Shown: positions 62,075 through 64,000 of the stretch, one piece after another | Position numbering within the stretch: the first letter of the stretch is position 1 | Layout of the letters: every line of letters begins with the position of its first letter | Assembly (NCBI GenBank): GCA_009691715.1 | Contig: SIAN01000024.1 | Span: 27 to 64,026, forward strand | From: Planctomycetota bacterium | Lineage (GTDB): Bacteria > Planctomycetota > B15-G4 > SIAN01 | Length of the DNA stretch: 64,000 nucleotides | Direction: 5' to 3' | Notes under the pieces: generated by a model | What the model was told of the DNA's origin: nothing | The model's input: only the letters and a program-made list of their open reading frames with translations | The model's database searches: none | Program-made: the position numbers and the translations under genes

Positions 62075-63334
62075 TCAGGTCCCGAGGATCAACTCCAGTC
62101 CGTTCGACATCGCGATCTTCTTGGGCGCGCCCTTGTCGAAAACGAGGTCTTGCCAGTAGGTCGCGAGCCCGGCCAGGATCGGGTCATCGTTCGGGATCTC
62201 AATGTCGATCAGCCACGTGCCGTTGCCGGCGCCGCTCCCGGAGTGCGTGACGGGATAGATGTCGAAGTGGACGCCGAGGTCCACGAGGCAGGTGCCGCCC
62301 CAGATCGGCAGCGCGCCCGCCGCGAGACCGCCGAGCAGGAAGCCACCCGCGCCGCCGTTCGCATGGGTCACCTCGAGGGCACAGGTCACGCCAAGGTCCG
62401 GCGTGAAGATCCCGTGCAGCTGCGGGACATGGCCGCCGCTGCCGGCCGTTCCGGTCCCGTACTCCGACATGCTGCCGTCGAGCGGCACCGTGCGCCGCAC
62501 CGCGACGCCAAGGAACGCGCCGAGCGCCGCGTCCTGATACAGAACGGTCGCGTTGCCGCCGGCGTCGATCTTGACCAAGGCGCTCGACTCTGCCGTCGTC
62601 GTGTACACCGAGCCGTCGTTCGCGAAGGCGACGTCGTTCGGATCCATCAGGACCGGGTCGTCGCAGAAGACGGTCATCTCACCGCTGTCGGCTCGGATGC
62701 GGACGAGATTGCAGTTCTCGTACCCGGCGACGAAGACGTTGCCGGCGCAATCGACCTCGATGCCGGCCGGGACGTCCAAGCCGACCGACGGGCCGTCGAT
62801 GAACTCCACCAGATTGCCGGCCGGATCCATCCGGAAGATGTCGTGCGTGCCGTGGTCGGTCATCCAGAGGTTGCCCTGCGGATCGAAGGCGATGCCGCCA
62901 GGGACCATGAACAGGCCGAGCGAGTTGTCGCAGAAGACGCGCTGCGCACCGGTCGCCGGGTCGATCGCGACGACGTGCTGGAAGCCGAAGTCCGTGACGT
63001 AGAGCTCGCCGGTGGTCGGATGAATGCAGACGCTCAACGGGTACTTGAGCAGCCCGCCTGAGCTGATGACGGTCTTGATGCCGCCGGCGTCGATCGCCCA
63101 GATCAGCGCGTTATTCAAATCGGCGATGTAGAGGCGGTCGTCCGCGCCCCATTCGCCGTAGAGCGTGACGCCGACGTTGGTCGCCCACGGCGTGAGCGTG
63201 CCGGTGTCGACGTCGAACTTGCGGATCTCGCTGATGTCCGGCAGCGAGATGTAGAGCTCCTCGCCAGCACGGGCCGCAGCGGAAAACAAGCAGAGCGCCG
63301 ACATGGCCCCGCCAGCACGAACGAAGGTGCGCAT
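62075..63334 (-). CDS. Secreted beta-propeller (Vgb/SMP-30/NHL-like) protein with a C-terminal beta-rich domain
   Basis: AAGGAGG RBS; signal peptide; repeats LYIAD, ELYVTD, PGGIAFDPQGNLWMTD and PNDVAFANDGSVY; C-terminal YGTG...TPDLG...YWQ...MSNGLELILG. Confidence 0.8.
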   Translation of the reverse strand: MRTFVRAGGAMSALCLFSAAARAGEELYISLPDISEIRKFDVDTGTLTPWATNVGVTLYGEWGADDRLYIADLNNALIWAIDAGGIKTVISSGGLLKYPLSVCIHPTTGELYVTDFGFQHVVAIDPATGAQRVFCDNSLGLFMVPGGIAFDPQGNLWMTDHGTHDIFRMDPAGNLVEFIDGPSVGLDVPAGIEVDCAGNVFVAGYENCNLVRIRADSGEMTVFCDDPVLMDPNDVAFANDGSVYTTTAESSALVKIDAGGNATVLYQDAALGAFLGVAVRRTVPLDGSMSEYGTGTAGSGGHVPQLHGIFTPDLGVTCALEVTHANGGAGGFLLGGLAAGALPIWGGTCLVDLGVHFDIYPVTHSGSGAGNGTWLIDIEIPNDDPILAGLATYWQDLVFDKGAPKKIAMSNGLELILGT

Positions 63335-63511
63335 CGATCCTCCTTTTGATGGCCGGCGCGCTGCGGTTTCCAGGCGTTTCGCCGCGGGCGGGCACTCGAT
63401 CGGGCTTCTTGGACCCGTTCGATCACATCGCCGTGGCGCCGGCGGCTCGGTTGATAGCACCAAATCGTCGGGAGACCGGCCCGCAAATTCGGCGCGCGGA
63501 TCAGGCGCTGC

Positions 63512-64000
63512 TCAGGGCGATGGGCCGCCGCTCGACTTGGCCGCACGTGCCTTGGTGCGGGCATCCAGCCGTTCGTTCGCCGCCAGCCCCACGGCCGCGT
63601 CGTTCGCCGCCGCTGCACCGGCGTCGCCCGCATTGCAGCAGGCGATCACGCCGAAGCCACCGACCGGATCAAGCCAGCAGGTCGCCAACCAGAGTCCGTT
63701 GCTGCCATTGTGCGTGAGTACCTTCCCGTCGCCCGCCGCCCAGTCCCGCTTCGTGATCAACCAGCCGTAGCCGTACCCAAAGCTGTCGCCGGCAGCCATC
63801 GGATAGGCGGTGTGAAGTCGGGCGAACGTCTCCTTCCGCAGCGTGATCGCGCCCACCTTCTGGTCGGCCGTCGCGCCGCGCAGATGAAGCTGCAGGTACT
63901 TCGCCCAATCGGCGAGCGAGGCGTGGACCGTGCCTGCCGGGCCGAGGAACGAAGGGTTGTCGGACCCGGCGCCGGGCTCGATCGCGACGAGCTTGCGGTC
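63512..64000 (-). CDS. Serine hydrolase (beta-lactamase-like), 3' part only
   Basis: DNPSFLGPAGTVHASLADWAKYLQLHL...YGYGW...LTHNGSN. Confidence 0.8.
   Translation of the reverse strand, partial: DRKLVAIEPGAGSDNPSFLGPAGTVHASLADWAKYLQLHLRGATADQKVGAITLRKETFARLHTAYPMAAGDSFGYGYGWLITKRDWAAGDGKVLTHNGSNGLWLATCWLDPVGGFGVIACCNAGDAGAAAANDAAVGLAANERLDARTKARAAKSSGGPSP

Overview
A very GC-rich (roughly 70% by eye), gene-dense bacterial chromosomal segment, most likely from an uncultured Planctomycetota lineage. This is inferred from two DUF1549/DUF1553-DUF1501 modules, a PVC-type heme-binding dehydrogenase, sulfatase-like genes and many secreted proteins. About 45 genes are recognisable. They include envelope enzymes (two GT-C glycosyltransferases, lgt, cls, an SGNH hydrolase), a four-gene operon of three SPFH (HflK/HflC-like) proteins plus a His-rich P1B ATPase divergent from an OPT transporter, egtB, a GH78 rhamnosidase, a SPASM/radical SAM-TPR protein, a TIM-barrel/Tm-1-like/hydrolase operon, a 1637-aa heme+copper dehydrogenase-like protein, an arylsulfotransferase, an aberrant sigma/anti-sigma pair, a DEAD-box helicase, an FHA-GAF adenylate cyclase and serine hydrolases. 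No rRNA, tRNA, CRISPR array, transposase or integrase was seen. The best candidates for undescribed biology are: (i) the SPFH x3 + P1B-ATPase operon; (ii) a single small gene bracketed by two related, covarying palindromes (cassette-like); (iii) a secreted LRR protein with three 37-aa Cys7His repeats. The window also has an unusual load of broken genes (3 in-frame stops, 4 frameshifts, 3 abrupt junctions) and many short tandem duplications. These may be real decay or assembly/consensus errors and need read-level checks. All product calls come from motif recognition by eye, not database searches.
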